Shown here one piece after another: positions 1 to 12,557 of a stretch of DNA of 41,710 nt. A program made the translations under genes and the position numbers. The number at the start of each line of letters is the position of its first letter. Position 1 is the first letter of the stretch. Source of the DNA: Octopus bimaculoides (lineage: Eukaryota); assembly GCF_001194135.2 (NCBI RefSeq), contig NC_069005.1, positions 23,225,829 through 23,267,538 of the forward strand, written 5' to 3'. A model generated the notes under the pieces. The model was given only the letters and a program-made list of their open reading frames with translations, searched no databases and was not told the origin of the DNA.

Positions 1-5
1 ATGCC

Positions 6-42
<37 letters not shown>

Positions 43-382
43 TTTTAGTAATGATAATAAGCTTAGCGAGAAGAAATGAAGGAATTGTACTTTAGTTTAT
101 TTATATAAAGTTACAGAGAGTCTCCAGATTTTCTAAAAGAATGAAATAAAACAAGATAAAATAAAATGAAATATTGACTTCACTACGTAACAAATTCTTA
201 AACATAATGGCATAAATATTTTATTCTACTTCATTTCATTTCGTTGGAATATTTGAAGACTTCTTGTATCTGTTATGTCTAGAACTAGGGCACAATTCCT
301 TCATTTCTTCTGACCAAACTCATTGTTATTATTACTATATATTATTATTATTATCATCATCATTATATATAATTATCACTAT

Positions 383-423
<41 letters not shown>

Positions 424-425
<2 letters not shown>

Positions 426-640
426 GGCAGTGAGCTGGCAGAATCGTTAGCATGTGGAGTAAAATACTTAGCAGTATTTCGCTTATCGCTACGTTCTGAG
501 TTCAAATTCTGCCAAGGTTGACTTTGACTTTCATCCTTTTGGGGTTGATAAATTAAGTACCAGTCAAATACTAGGGTCAATGTATTCAACAAGTCCCCTA
601 CCCACAAATTTCAGGCCTTGGGCCTTTGATAGAAAGGACT
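424..640 (+). mobile_element. tRNA-derived SINE (family B, head GGC.G.GAGCTGGCAGAATCGTTAGC) inserted in an (ATT)n tract
   Basis: Homologous to 6924-7147. B-box-like GAGTTCAAATTC. Flanked by ATT repeats on both sides. Confidence 0.85.
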
Positions 641-1720
641 ATTATTATTATTATCAGTATATATTATCATCACTATATATTATTATCATTATTACTATAT
701 ATTATTATTATTATGTGTGTCTGTATATTTGTGAATGTGTGTGTGTGTGTGTGTGTNNNNNNNNNNNNNNNNNNNNNNNNNNNNNNNNNNNNNNNNNNNN
801 NNNNNNNNNNNNNNNNNATATATATATATATACACATATATATATATATATATATAAATACAGGTGCACACATACCCACACAGTGCCCAAGAGAAATGCT
901 ATCATTTAATATGCATATATGAAATGGTAGAATGTGCGCGTGTGTGTGTGTGAATAATTGTGAGTGTATATATACGTGTACACACACGCATACACAACAC
1001 AGGGGAATATGAGGCAAGAGATAGATATCGAGAGGCAAACTATGAAGAGAAATGGAGAGAAAGCAACAATAACTGGAAGATGGTAAGAGTGATGAGAAGA
1101 AGACAGAAACCAACACCATGCATACCAGCGAACGTTTTAAGAGTGGTGGCAGCAAAAGAAAAACTGAGGGGGGTAAAACAACCATAGAAGTCTTTTGTTG
1201 GGGCCTACCATAAACTGTTGAGCTAAACTCTGAGGCTGGTCTGAACAAGACATAAGGACTGAGTGTCTTCTGTGTAAGCTTCATGGCAGGTATGAAGTTG
1301 AGTAGTAAAGGCCAGGGAGGAACCACCAAGCCAGCAGTCTAAAATGGCATCAAACATTCCAATATTGGTAAACCCAATCTTTAGTCTCAACAAGAATATT
1401 TAGTAACGTGGAAAAAAAAAAATTTGTAAGAATTTATATATATATACATGTATGTATGCGTGTGTATATATATTTTAGAAATAGAAATTTCTAGAAAGAT
1501 AGAACTAATATTGATCCATGAGTAGAATAGAATTGTGTAACTGTAGTGAAATTTATTCAAACAAAGACAAGAAAGCTAAACAATTACACACACACACATA
1601 AAATATATATACATATATATATAATATGTATATAACTTATATATGTATATAATATATATATATGTATAATATATATATATATATATATATAATGTGTTTA
1701 TTTCTATATACAATATGTAC

Positions 1721-1762
<42 letters not shown>

Positions 1763-2249
1763 GTGTATAAATTCATACACACACACACACATACAGCTAA
1801 AAGTGAGAGCATGTTTATCTGTTTGTGTGTACTGGGGAGTGTGCAAAAAATAAAAATAAAAAGTCCATTTCAGTTCAAAAATATTTAGAATAATGTTCTC
1901 TGAAACACAAGTCCTTTTACTTAAAATAGTAACTTTCTAGGCTCTGAGCCCCAAAACTTGAAGACTTATTGTTAATTCATTATATCAATGCAGCTTAAGG
2001 ATTTCCATCCATTCGTAGAACAGACAGACAGTAGAAAGTAGTTTACACATGCACGAACACATAAATCAAATGCATATAGAAACACACACACAAAATATCA
2101 AATCCATACAGCTAATAGCAAACGTATGCAACCAAACACAATGATAAATAAATAGGACAAAAGGCACATACACAGAGATACAAACGTAAAGCTTATACAC
2201 AGACAAATACATACACAAATTGACACACGCAACTACAAAGTGTAGTTTT

Positions 2250-2655
2250 TGCTTGTTTCAGTCATTAGACAGGCCATGCTGGAGCCTTGAGGAAGTTTTA
2301 GTCAAAGAATGAACCCCAGTACTTTTTCTTTTCTTTAAAGACTGGTACATATTTTATTGTTCTATTTTGCTGAAGTGCTAGGTTACAGAGTTACAGGGAC
2401 ATAAACACTCCAATTGGCAAGTGGTGGTGGGGGTGCAAATACAAAGACATACAGAATCACATCTGCACCTGATTTTATACACACACACACACACAACAGG
2501 CTTCTTTCAGTTTCCATCTACCAAATCCTCTCACAAGGCTTTGGTTGGCCGAGGCTATAATGGAAGACACTTGCCCAAGGTGTCATGCAGTGGGACTGAA
2601 CCCAGAACCATGTGGTTGGGAACCAAATTTCTTACCACTGAGTCATGCCTGCACC
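2250..2655 (-). mobile_element. SINE family C (tRNA-like head, ACCTTGGGCAAGTGTC core, internal microsatellite)
   Basis: Reverse complement of 37864-38312. Other minus copies or fragments lie near 9530-9792, 14330-14480, 21570-21700, 23660-23830 and 25995-26322. Confidence 0.85.
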
Positions 2656-2682
2656 TATATACTCAGACAAGACACATACATA

Positions 2683-2894
2683 CAAGGGGTTGCTGAAAAG
2701 TTCCTGGCTTTAAAGGCATCGCGAAAGGCCTGGCTGGAGGACCAACCTTCCAAATTCTTTTGCAGGGCTTAGAAAAACTAAAGGACCGCTGCAATAAATG
2801 TGTGAATCTGAGAAGGGAATATGTTGAATAAAATCACAACTGATCCCACTGTATTTTCTTTTATCCAAAGCCAAGAACTTTTCAGCACCCCTTG
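2683..2894 (+). mobile_element. Mariner-derived MITE, copy 1
   Basis: About 28-bp TIRs CAAGGGGTTGCTGAAAAGTTCCTGGCTTT / AAAGCCAAGAACTTTTCAGCACCCCTTG, preceded by TA. The interior encodes GLEKLKDRCNKCVNLRREYVE*, resembling a mariner transposase C-terminus. Confidence 0.85.
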
Positions 2895-2942
2895 TGTGTG
2901 TGTTTGTGTGTGTATATGTACACATATACACACACACACATG

Positions 2943-3110
2943 AAGAAGGGTTACTGAAAAGTTCCTGGTTTTAAGGGTATCGTGAAAGGCCTGGTTGAAG
3001 ACCAAACCCCCTGAGTTCTTTTACAGGGCTGCTGCAATAAGTGTGTGAATCTGAGAGGAGAATATGTTAAATTGATCCTCCAAAGCTAGGAACTTTTAAG
3101 CACCCCCTCA
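2943..3110 (+). mobile_element. Mariner-derived MITE, copy 2 (internally deleted)
   Basis: Same TIRs and interior as copy 1, separated from it by a TG/CA microsatellite. Confidence 0.8.
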
Positions 3111-3595
3111 TAAGAGTGAAGTATTTTATGAATGAAAACTTAGATACAGGAATAAGCACCAGCAGCTCTTACAGTAAAATGTTGCAATAGTGAACAATTG
3201 TTTTCACATACATACATGCATGGTATACATATATAGTATGTGTGAGTTTTTGTATGTGTAAGATACAGCTCCTAGATGAGTTGGAATGCATCACCAGTAA
3301 TATGGCCAGTGGTTATTATATGATTAACCATCAAACACCACTCAGGATAGGTGGACCCAACCAGGGCTAATCAGGCCCAAACTTATATACAAACAAGAAT
3401 AGTTCAGCAGTATTCTTAATCCATACCATCTGGTGGCCTTCTCTGTGGCTTTGCTTGAGGGATGAATAACCCTCTTCTTTGCCACCCTTCTAAGTCCCAA
3501 TCAGCCAAAGAATTGGCAGAGTGAGTGTTCTGTAAAACTGGAAAGCCCACCTCTACAGGTTTTTCCACACTATAAGTTCCAATATCATCAGATTT

Positions 3596-3650
<55 letters not shown>

Positions 3651-4269
3651 NNNNNNNNNNNNNNNNNNNNAGTGTTACTTCCTATTTGCTTCTATCTAGA
3701 AATCAAAGGAAATGATTACTACCTGGACATCAATGTTTCGATTTGTAGAGGGAGGGAAGAAGGGGAGGAATTAAAAGGGGTGTTACACCTGTCGCCATGT
3801 ATATTTAGAAAGAAGGAAGGGGAGAAGAAAAAATCATTATTGTTGAGAAATACAGTGAGAAAAAGTTTGTGTGTGTGTAAGATAAGTAGTGTAGTTAATG
3901 TAGTAAATTTTTGATAAAAAATGCAGGAATTTTAAGCGCAAGTCTGTCAACACAACACAGACCCCATATATATATATATATATAAAACACAGACTTCATA
4001 TATATATATAATTTTGGGGGTTGCTTGTGTGCATGTTTCTGTATGTCTTTTAACATATAAACAATGCAACACAGAATGTGTTGCAAAAGACAGAATCAGA
4101 ATTTGTTTCAAGAACAGAAAAACACTGGTTGTTGTTGAATACATCAATGTTATCATTATAGTAGGCTTGTACTAGTCTCTGTAACTTCTAGAATGATTAT
4201 TGGAATCTTTTACTTTCAGGATATAAAAAAAAAAAAACATTATTCAAGAAAACCTATACTGTATTTGTC

Positions 4270-4404
4270 TTATTTCATAAGTTTCATAGAGGAATAACCG
4301 CAAATGGAGTGACATCAGTATACAACCAGAGTACATATGGTGAGAATGCAGTGAAAGAATTTGCAGGAAGTAGTTTTCCTGGTTCAGAAATGAAGACTTC
4401 AGTC
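4270..4404 (+). pseudogene. Decayed mariner transposase N-terminal HTH fragment
   Basis: With one frameshift it reads LFHKFHRGITA...YGENAVKE/ICRK*FSWFRNEDFS, resembling mariner LYEF..G..A......YG..A...TC..WF..FR.GDFS. Confidence 0.6.
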
Positions 4405-4849
4405 AAAAAGGCAACAAATGAAAGAGTAGATGGAACCAGCCTTCAGGGAATGATTCAGTAGAAATTCACAACGTATAGTTAATGCCACTCATGTTAGTAT
4501 ATACATACATATTAACACCCAAGTATGTTACATTAGAAAACGACACTCTGGAAGTGTATGAAATAACATAATAATCGTATTACACCAACTGGCAGAAAAA
4601 TGTCTGGAGGCCAAGTGTTTCTGCTTGCATCAGCGTGTGTGTGCGTGCACGTGCGCATGCGCACATTCAGATAAATCTGTGTACCTGTGCAAACATAGAT
4701 AAATACCAGTTGTTGGCATTAACTCATATCTTGATGGGTGCGAAAGGTGCTGGTGCCTGGGGTGGCTGTTCAGGCCAAGAGTGATATAGAAGAGCTGGGG
4801 GGGAGGGGGAATTTATCACAGGGGAAGGTTGGCAGGGGACAAAGAAGTG

Positions 4850-5340
4850 TGAGTCACTCTTTGCGTCTTCGACATCTGATCTCTGGCTCTTGGCGTTTGT
4901 TATTTTCCATCAGGACCATTCCCTTGGCAATGATATGTCACCACTTTGGGAAGTCCTTGGTGATTGTCTCCCAGTATTTGGGTCAATGTGACAGTGAAGG
5001 AGAGTGGCCTTGAGCTGGTCTTGGAAATGGAATTTGGGATGTTCTGCAAGGTCTGGTTGACTGGAGAAATACGTTTGAGGCTTACATATGATGTGTCCTG
5101 ACTAGCAGAGGCAATGTCATGCCAATGGTAGCTTCAATGCTGAGCAGTTCAGCACATCTGTATATACTCACACATATAAATACACATATCAATAGCATCT
5201 TGTACACCTGATGCCGCCACCCCACCTCTTCAAACATTGCCTGTATTCCATATGACAAATTGCTCATCAAACAACAATGCTGGATCAGACTGTCAGCCAA
5301 GCACCTTTCACTCATACAAATGACAAGTTTTGCTTTTTTG
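4850..5340 (-). mobile_element. Decayed RTE (BovB-like) LINE ORF C-terminal fragment
   Basis: Frameshifted pieces LLSIEATI, SGHII, FQDQLKATLLHCHIDPNT/ETITKDFPKW*HIIAKG...ENNKRQE...RRRKE match the RTE C-terminal pattern. Confidence 0.7.
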
Positions 5341-5915
5341 GGAGTTTCCCTGTTTAGCGATTGTGATATTTTTAAGGCATAATTACTAAACAGTAAAGGA
5401 TAGGGGTCAAGGGTTAAATGGGACTCAGTGTGAGATTCTATTTTAGTTGAAGCCAACAATAGAAACAGACTTGACTGCTCTCTCCACCATCAAATCAGCC
5501 ATGGGTTGCATTGTAATATTTATCAACTGTTGAAATGTTAAATGTCAGATAAGTTATACAAGCACTGGGGGGGGGGGGTCGATTACATTGACCCCAGTGT
5601 TCATCTGGTATTTATTTTATCAACCCCAGATTTGCAAAAGGCGAAGTGGTCCCCAGCAGTGTTTGAACAACTCAAAATGTAAAGATGGACAAAATGCATT
5701 AAAACCAGTCACTTCCAACCCAAATAGTCTACCTGTTCTATATATTCATACTGGCCATATTTGGCCTCTCACACCTACTGTACAATGTCATTCTCAGAAT
5801 AAACAATTCGATAGTTGAAATCTCAAAAGCCACGAGACAATGTATGATTAATTCAAACAATGTGAATAAAGAAGTATTGCATTCAGAGTAATCTGAATGC
5901 TAAATTCCAGCTTAA

Positions 5916-6133
5916 TCCTTTTGACACCAATCCCACCTGAAACTGTCTTTGGGTCTATGGAACAAACTTTCTGTTTTTTGAAGTTTATCTAAATTAAAAA
6001 GCTTCCTTCAAAATTTCATGTTATGTTCCAAACACCAGCTTAACAACGGCAATTATTTAACTAAATTTTTCATTATTTTCAAAATTAATTGCAACAGAGA
6101 CTGTTTTTCAACAGGAATATGACAACAAAGGGG
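5916..6133. mobile_element. TTAA-flanked MITE (family with CCCTTTTG-like termini); its 3-prime half is tandemly repeated at about 6138-6236
   Basis: TTAA at 5912-5915 and 6134-6137, with degenerate terminal inverted repeats. Confidence 0.55.
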
Positions 6134-6614
6134 TTAATAATGATAAAATTATTGTACTAAATTTTTCATTATTTTCAAAATTCATAGAAACAAAGACAAT
6201 GGATTTCAACAGAAATATGGCAACAAAAGTGTTAAAATAACATTCTAAATGTTTCACTCTCACTTTTTCTGCTACTCTAAGCAATGAGACAAACACTTTC
6301 TCTGGTTACTTCAACTGCCTTTCACTCACTCTGTTGTTTTTCCAATATCTCAATAGCATGAGAGCAAATGAATACACGCTGCTAATTATTACATATATTA
6401 TTAAATGGATACTTTATATCCATTTGCATAGTTTTATTTTGGAAAATGAGTTTTGTGCTGAAAACACCAATTCATTGTGGCATTTTCTCTGAATGTCTGC
6501 ATCCAATCATATTTTATTTCAAGACATTGAAACTTATGATGGAGATGACAAAGGACACAGAGATATATGTTCCTTGCTGTACTTATGAAGACTTCTCTAC
6601 CACAGTAGAATTGA

Positions 6615-6880
6615 TACTGGTGCTGGTGCCACATAAAAAGCAGTGGTGCCACGTAAAAGGCACTGGTGCTGGTGCCACATAAAAGCTCTGGTGTCACATA
6701 AAAGGCACTGGTGGTGTTGCCACATAAAAAGCTCTGGTAGCACTCAGTACACTCTGTAAAGTGGTTGGCGTTAGGAAGGGCATCCAGCCATAGAGACAAT
6801 TGGAGCCTGGTGCAGCTCCTGTCAAACTGACCAACCCATGCCAACCTGAAAAACGGATGTTAAATGATGATGATGGTACT
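6615..6880 (+). mobile_element. SINE family A 3-prime part with internal minisatellite and (GAT)n tail
   Basis: GTGGTTGGCGTTAGGAAGGGCATCCAGC core, tail CCAACCCATG...CGGATGTTAAATGATGATGAT. Confidence 0.85.
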
Positions 6881-6923
6881 GATGACGATAACCCAAACTT
6901 TAGCCACAGTAGAAATAGTAGCC

Positions 6924-7147
6924 AAGGCGGCGAGCTGGCAGAATCGTTAGCACACCGGGTGAAATGCTTAGCGGTATTTCGTCTGCCGTTACGTTCTGAG
7001 TTCAAATTCCGCCGAGGTCGACTTTGCCTTTCATCCTTTCGGGGTTGATAAATTAAGTACCAGTTACGCACTGGGGTCAATGTAATCGACTTAACCCTTT
7101 TGTCTGTCTTTGTTTGTCCCCTTGTGAGCAATAAAGAAATAAGAAAT
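6924..7147 (+). mobile_element. tRNA-derived SINE, family B, CpG-rich copy
   Basis: GGCGGCGAGCTGGCAGAATCGTTAGC...GAGTTCAAATTCCGCC...; sibling of 424-640 and of the fragment near 5567-5700. Confidence 0.85.
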
Positions 7148-7867
7148 ACTAATCTAAGTATTTCATTTTACATTTTATATCCTACAAGTAACAGATTCCT
7201 AACAGGAGCTAAAAGGAATGTCTACAAAACTTGGGCAAAATTAAAAAATTTATTATTAAGTGTTTTTCTTTGAAAGCACTGGCTTATAGTTTTTCTTACC
7301 CATGTTCACATCTTGTCACAGTTATACATCAGTGAAAAACAATGTACACATACACACATGTATAAAACGTGTTCTATGTATGCCCAGCCATTCTAAGCCA
7401 TTTAAGAATAAAAGAAACCTGTTACACTCAATTTTCATTTACACAGACACACACACACACATATAAACACACATGCGCACACACACACAGCAGTACATAT
7501 CTTATTATACATAACAAGCAAGTAGCAAATGAAGATGAAATAAAATATGATTCATGATGTCATGGGTTGTGTGTGTGTATGAGAGAGAGAGAGAAAATGA
7601 GAGAGGAGAAGAGTAGAAGAAAGAGTAAGGGGGTGTGTGACTAAGAAGGGGCAGAAGAAAGAAGTACTTTTGGAAAGAGAAAGAGAAGGATAAGAAAGAC
7701 GTTGGTTTCTGTTTTCACTTTCTTCTAATGAGAAAGCAGTTATTGTATATTTATTTATAATTGTAATCATTAATTATAATTACTGAATATTTCCACAATG
7801 AACAAAAGAATGTTTGGTATGTCGCAAAATGTTAGTATTTTAGTAACTGCACACACACACACACACA

Positions 7868-8724
7868 NNNNNNNNNNNNNNNNNNNNNNNNNNNNNNNNN
7901 NNNNNNNNNNNNNNNNNNNNNNNNNNNNNNNNNNNNNNNNNNNNNNNNNNNNNNNNNNNNNNNNNNNNNNNNNNNNNNNNNNNNNNNNNNNNNNNNNNNN
8001 NNNNNNNNNNNNNNNNNNNNNNNNNNNNNNNNNNNNNNNNNNNNNNNNNNNNNNNNNNNNNNNNNNNNNNNNNNNNNNNNNNNNNNNNNNNNNNNNNNNN
8101 NNNNNNNNNNNNNNNNNNNNNNNNNNNNNNNNNNNNNNNNNNNNNNNNNNNNNNNNNNNNNNNNNNNNNNNNNNNNNNNNNNNNNNNNNNNNNNNNNNNN
8201 NNNNNNNNNNNNNNNNNNNNNNNNNNNNNNNNNNNNNNNNNNNNNNNNNNNNNNNNNNNNNNNNNNNNNNNNNNNNNNNNNNNNNNNNNNNNNNNNNNNN
8301 NNNNNNNNNNNNNNNNNNNNNNNNNNNNNNNNNNNNNNNNNNNNNNNNNNNNNNNNNNNNNNNNNNNNNNNNNNNNNNNNNNNNNNNNNNNNNNNNNNNN
8401 NNNNNNNNNNNNNNNNNNNNNNNNNNNNNNNNNNNNNNNNNNNNNNNNNNNNNNNNNNNNNNNNNNNNNNNNNNNNNNNNNNNNNNNNNNNNNNNNNNNN
8501 NNNNNNNNNNNNNNNNNNNNNNNNNNNNNNNNNNNNNNNNNNNNNNNNNNNNNNNNNNNNNNNNNNNNNNNNNNNNNNNNNNNNNNNNNNNNNNNNNNNN
8601 NNNNNNNNNNNNNNNNNNNNNNNNNNNNNNNNNNNNNNNNNNNNNNNNNNNNNNNNNNNNNNNNNNNNNNNNNNNNNNNNNNNNNNNNNNNNNNNNNNNN
8701 NNNNNNNNNNNNNNNNNNNNNNNN
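7868..8724. other. Assembly gap (857 N). Other large gaps: 23928-24348, 28003-28904, 32384-32731, 37107-37390
   Basis: N runs, mostly bordered by microsatellites. Confidence 0.99.
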
Positions 8725-8789
8725 TATATATATATATACACACATATATATATAAAACATAAGATAGATAGATAGATAAAATATATATA

Positions 8790-9430
8790 TATGTCCACTG
8801 CATATAATGCTCTCTACATTGAGGTGTCCTGTTTGATGATTCAGTAAGCATACACACACACATGAATATCATCCATATATCAGTCTTCTAGAGCACAGCT
8901 TCTCCTCTATTGGTGCAGCCACCTCCTCCAAGTTCAACCTTCTAAGATCAGTTTTTGACACTTTGTTCCATGTTTTCTTTGCAAATTTGCAATCTGATTT
9001 GCCAAACCATATATTCACACACACACTACACATTGTCCACGTTCAATGCCTATCTATATTAGAGTACTATTCAATACCACACTTTGTACATAAGCATCAT
9101 GCATTCTGCTGGAAAGAAAACCTGTCTGTTGCCTTGCTATTATAGGCAACAACAACTTTTAACTTTTCCACTCCGTTTTTACTTTGACTACCTTGCTTTT
9201 GGCAGTGCACTTCTACTGCTGATTCTGGGCAACAGAAACTGTCAGCTACTTCTAAGGAGTTGCCTGGAAAAATTGAAAGAATTCAATTTACAGATTCTCT
9301 TGCTGCTAATCACTTCTGTACATCTACATACAAAGTTTGCATCTCTGCATCTTTTGTGTACCTCTAGTTTACAATGAATACATCATATGGATTTTCAATC
9401 AACTTCTGCTCATTGAACTTCAAGGCCTTT
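8790..9430 (-). mobile_element. Decayed RTE-like LINE fragment with PHD-like Cys/His segment
   Basis: Pieces SI*CIHCKLEVHKRC..FVCRC, PGNSLEVADSFC, KTEWKS*KLLLPII, IEEKLCSRRL. Confidence 0.6.
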
Positions 9431-11855
9431 TTTTTCAGGTGGCAGCAGAATCCTGTCTCCTTTCATGCTAACTAAACTTTTAATTTTCACTCAGTTTATT
9501 TAGAATCATATCTCTGGTCAAATTGAGGCACTGCTTTAAAGAACTTTTAGTTAACCCCAGCATTTGTTGTGGGAAAGTAAACACACCAACACCAGTTGCC
9601 AAGCATGGTGGAGACACAGACACAAGTATATATATGACAAGCTTCTTTCAGTTTCCATCTACCAAATCCACTCACAAGGGTTTGGTCAGCCTGAGGCTAT
9701 AGTAGAAGATACTTGCCCAAGTTGCCATGCAGTGGGACTGAACCTGGAACCATGTGGTAGGGAAGCAAGCTTCTTCCCAGACAGCCATGCCTAAGCTTGT
9801 TGATTCTAAACTCTTTCAAATCTCACAATTATCTTTATAAAATAAAGAACATGTTAGATTAATCTAGTCCTAAATACACAAGGCTTGAATAGAACAATGG
9901 AGATATTTTATTTTAATAACACTGTTCATCATAATTCAGGTGGATTTGGACTGATCTGGAGTCGAACAACATCAAATTACAGACAAATGTCTAACTTGTA
10001 GATATGTAAGGTTAACAAGCTTGAAGCAGCCAGGATTAGAGGGTGAAACAAGTTTTTTTCTTTAATATCTAGAACAAAGACTGGGAATTAAAAATCTAAT
10101 AACTAGAGCAGAACAATTATGTTTCCAAATCAGATTAAACCAATATTCTCACAGACTTGTATAATTAAGAAGAGAAAAAATTATAAGCAAAGAGAAGTAA
10201 TTCAAGTGGGCCATTGATATGAATTTTCATAAATAAATTAAAGGATGATGTACTCAATGGCACACAGAAAAAAAATATTGTTTAACTAAAATTTGCTGCC
10301 TAATTGGAGAAGGAAAACAAAAACCTAGTGGTTATGTTAGTGACTCACAGAGAAAACAAAAAAGGATTATTAAGAAATTAAAAATTAATTTCACAATAAT
10401 ATTAATTCACATGCCGAGGGTAGAAATTTGATCTTCATTAGCAGACAAGGGGACAAAGTGACAGCACAGGTACTTATTAGCTTTAAGCTGGGGTGGATCA
10501 AAGGGGTAATGATAATTTGTTATAGGTAGAAAACTAACTAAAATTTTACATTTGACCAGAATTTTTGACCTATGGTTATGGCTACCACCAAAACCACCAC
10601 GTTCACCATTATGCCACAACTAATGCCATTACTACATTACTACTACTACCACCACCACTACCAGTTATTTTCAGGTTAGATTTAGTAGAGAACCCTTAAG
10701 GTATTCCTTCTCTCACCAAATGTTAATCCTTCAATAAAGCCATTTGCATGTTGTTATTGGAGAAAGTTATTATTCTCAACTTAGGTCTTCACACCTCTGC
10801 AAGTATTAAGATAATTCTGCTCATCCTCATCTCACATCTGCTTTCCATGCTGGCATGAGTTGGACAGTTAGATAGAATCCACCAGATCAGAGAACCAGGT
10901 CTCTTGCTCCAGTATGATTTCTACAGCTGGATGTCCTTCCTAATACCAACCACACTTCTACAGGGTGTACTGGGTATTTTTTGTGGGACCAGCAGAAATG
11001 AGGCTGTCTTGTGACTATCAAGACTAAACAGCTCACTTGGTTGATGGGGAGTCCAGTAGAAAGGGAAGCAGTTTTATGATAGAAGGGAGAGGAACAGGTT
11101 ATGCAAGGGCATGTGGAAGTAAATGGAGGAAAGAAGATAAAGATGGCTAAGAAAGGATGGGGACAAAAGATTAAGCAAAGGTTTGGAAAAGTGTGGTGTT
11201 GATGGTGAAGAGTGAGAGAGGGTTAATGATAGATGTAAGAGTGAATGTAGCGTGTGTAAGGTGATATGAATGGAGGTGGGAGGTCACTCAAAGTAGTTCA
11301 GGGGAGAGGAAGTGATGACAGGCAGTACAAAAAAAAGGAATAGCAGATTCATAACAGCAGACAAGGAAGGAATGGGAGTCAAGATGATGGATAAAGAAAT
11401 GCAAGAGTGTGGGTGGGGGAAGAGCAAAGGATAAGGGCAGGGGTGAATGTGGTGAGTAGTAAGCAAAGGTGAGTTTAGTGTAGAGAATGAGGGACAGATG
11501 TCATAAAAAGAAGTGCTTCCATGGAAAGAGGGCAAATAACTGGTAGCATAAAAAATGTAGTTCTGCTCTCATTTAATTACTGCAGCAGAATAATGAGATA
11601 ATTACTATATTTAACCCTCTAGCTTTTAAACCAGCCATATCTGGCCAAAATATTCTACCTGTTTTATGTTCAAATTAACCAGATCTGGCCACTCACACCT
11701 ACCTTACAATGTCACTCTAAAGATAGACAAAGAAGAAAAACTTTCAAGAGGGGAGGGGCATTAGACGAGGTGATCTTGTGTCAGATGATGAAAGGTTATA
11801 ATGAGACAGAAACAGGTGTCTCGTTGTAGAGGAAGTACAAGGATACCTGGTCGGG

Positions 11856-11857
<2 letters not shown>

Positions 11858-11945
<88 letters not shown>
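11858..11945. repeat. (GA)n microsatellite, about 43 units
   Basis: Direct inspection. One of dozens of (TA)n, (CA)n, (GA)n, (ATT)n and (GAT)n tracts in the window. Confidence 0.98.
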
Positions 11946-11947
<2 letters not shown>

Positions 11948-12342
11948 AGGAATGAAGACAAAAAACACAGGTACACTACTGCTGTGGAGATATATGGTTA
12001 CCCAACCAGAGGGAAGTGAAGAAAAAGGAGAGAGAAGCAGGGAGGCAGCAGGATAGAGATGGTGGCAAAGTGCCAGGCATACTCACAAGTCACAAGGATC
12101 AGAATAAAGGAAGAGAGAGATATAGATGGTGACAAATGCCAGGGCATACTCTTGAAGTTTGAACGCCACAATATGAATGACCGAATACTACAAAGGAAGT
12201 GTGATTAAAGAGTGTGGATGGGGAGGTAAGAATAGTGGATGAAGCAGAAATGTGTGGAAGAGAAGATATGTAGAGACGTAGTTTGGCTTGTGGTAGAGTG
12301 TGAGAAGTTTACTTGCTAAGTGTGTGTGGGACACACAGCACC

Positions 12343-12388
<46 letters not shown>

Positions 12389-12511
12389 CATCGNNNNNNN
12401 NNNNNNNNNNNNNNNNNNNNNNNNNNNNNNNNNNNNNNNNNNNNNNNNNNNNNNNNNNNNNNNNNNNNNNNNNNNNNNNNNNNNNNNNNNNNNNNNNNNN
12501 NNNNNNNNNNN

Positions 12512-12557
<46 letters not shown>

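Noticed and set aside
580-1329. Long track ORFs (for example 673..1329, 218 aa) and all YI/HT/CV/RE/LS-repeat or X-filled ORFs
   Set aside because: Translations of microsatellites, low-complexity DNA and N gaps, with no domain-like content. 1200-1380 may be a faint LINE relic but is too decayed to call.
6615-6745. Short repeated units resembling a CRISPR array
   Set aside because: The units are degenerate and adjacent, with no unique spacers. They sit inside a SINE in eukaryotic DNA, with no cas genes.
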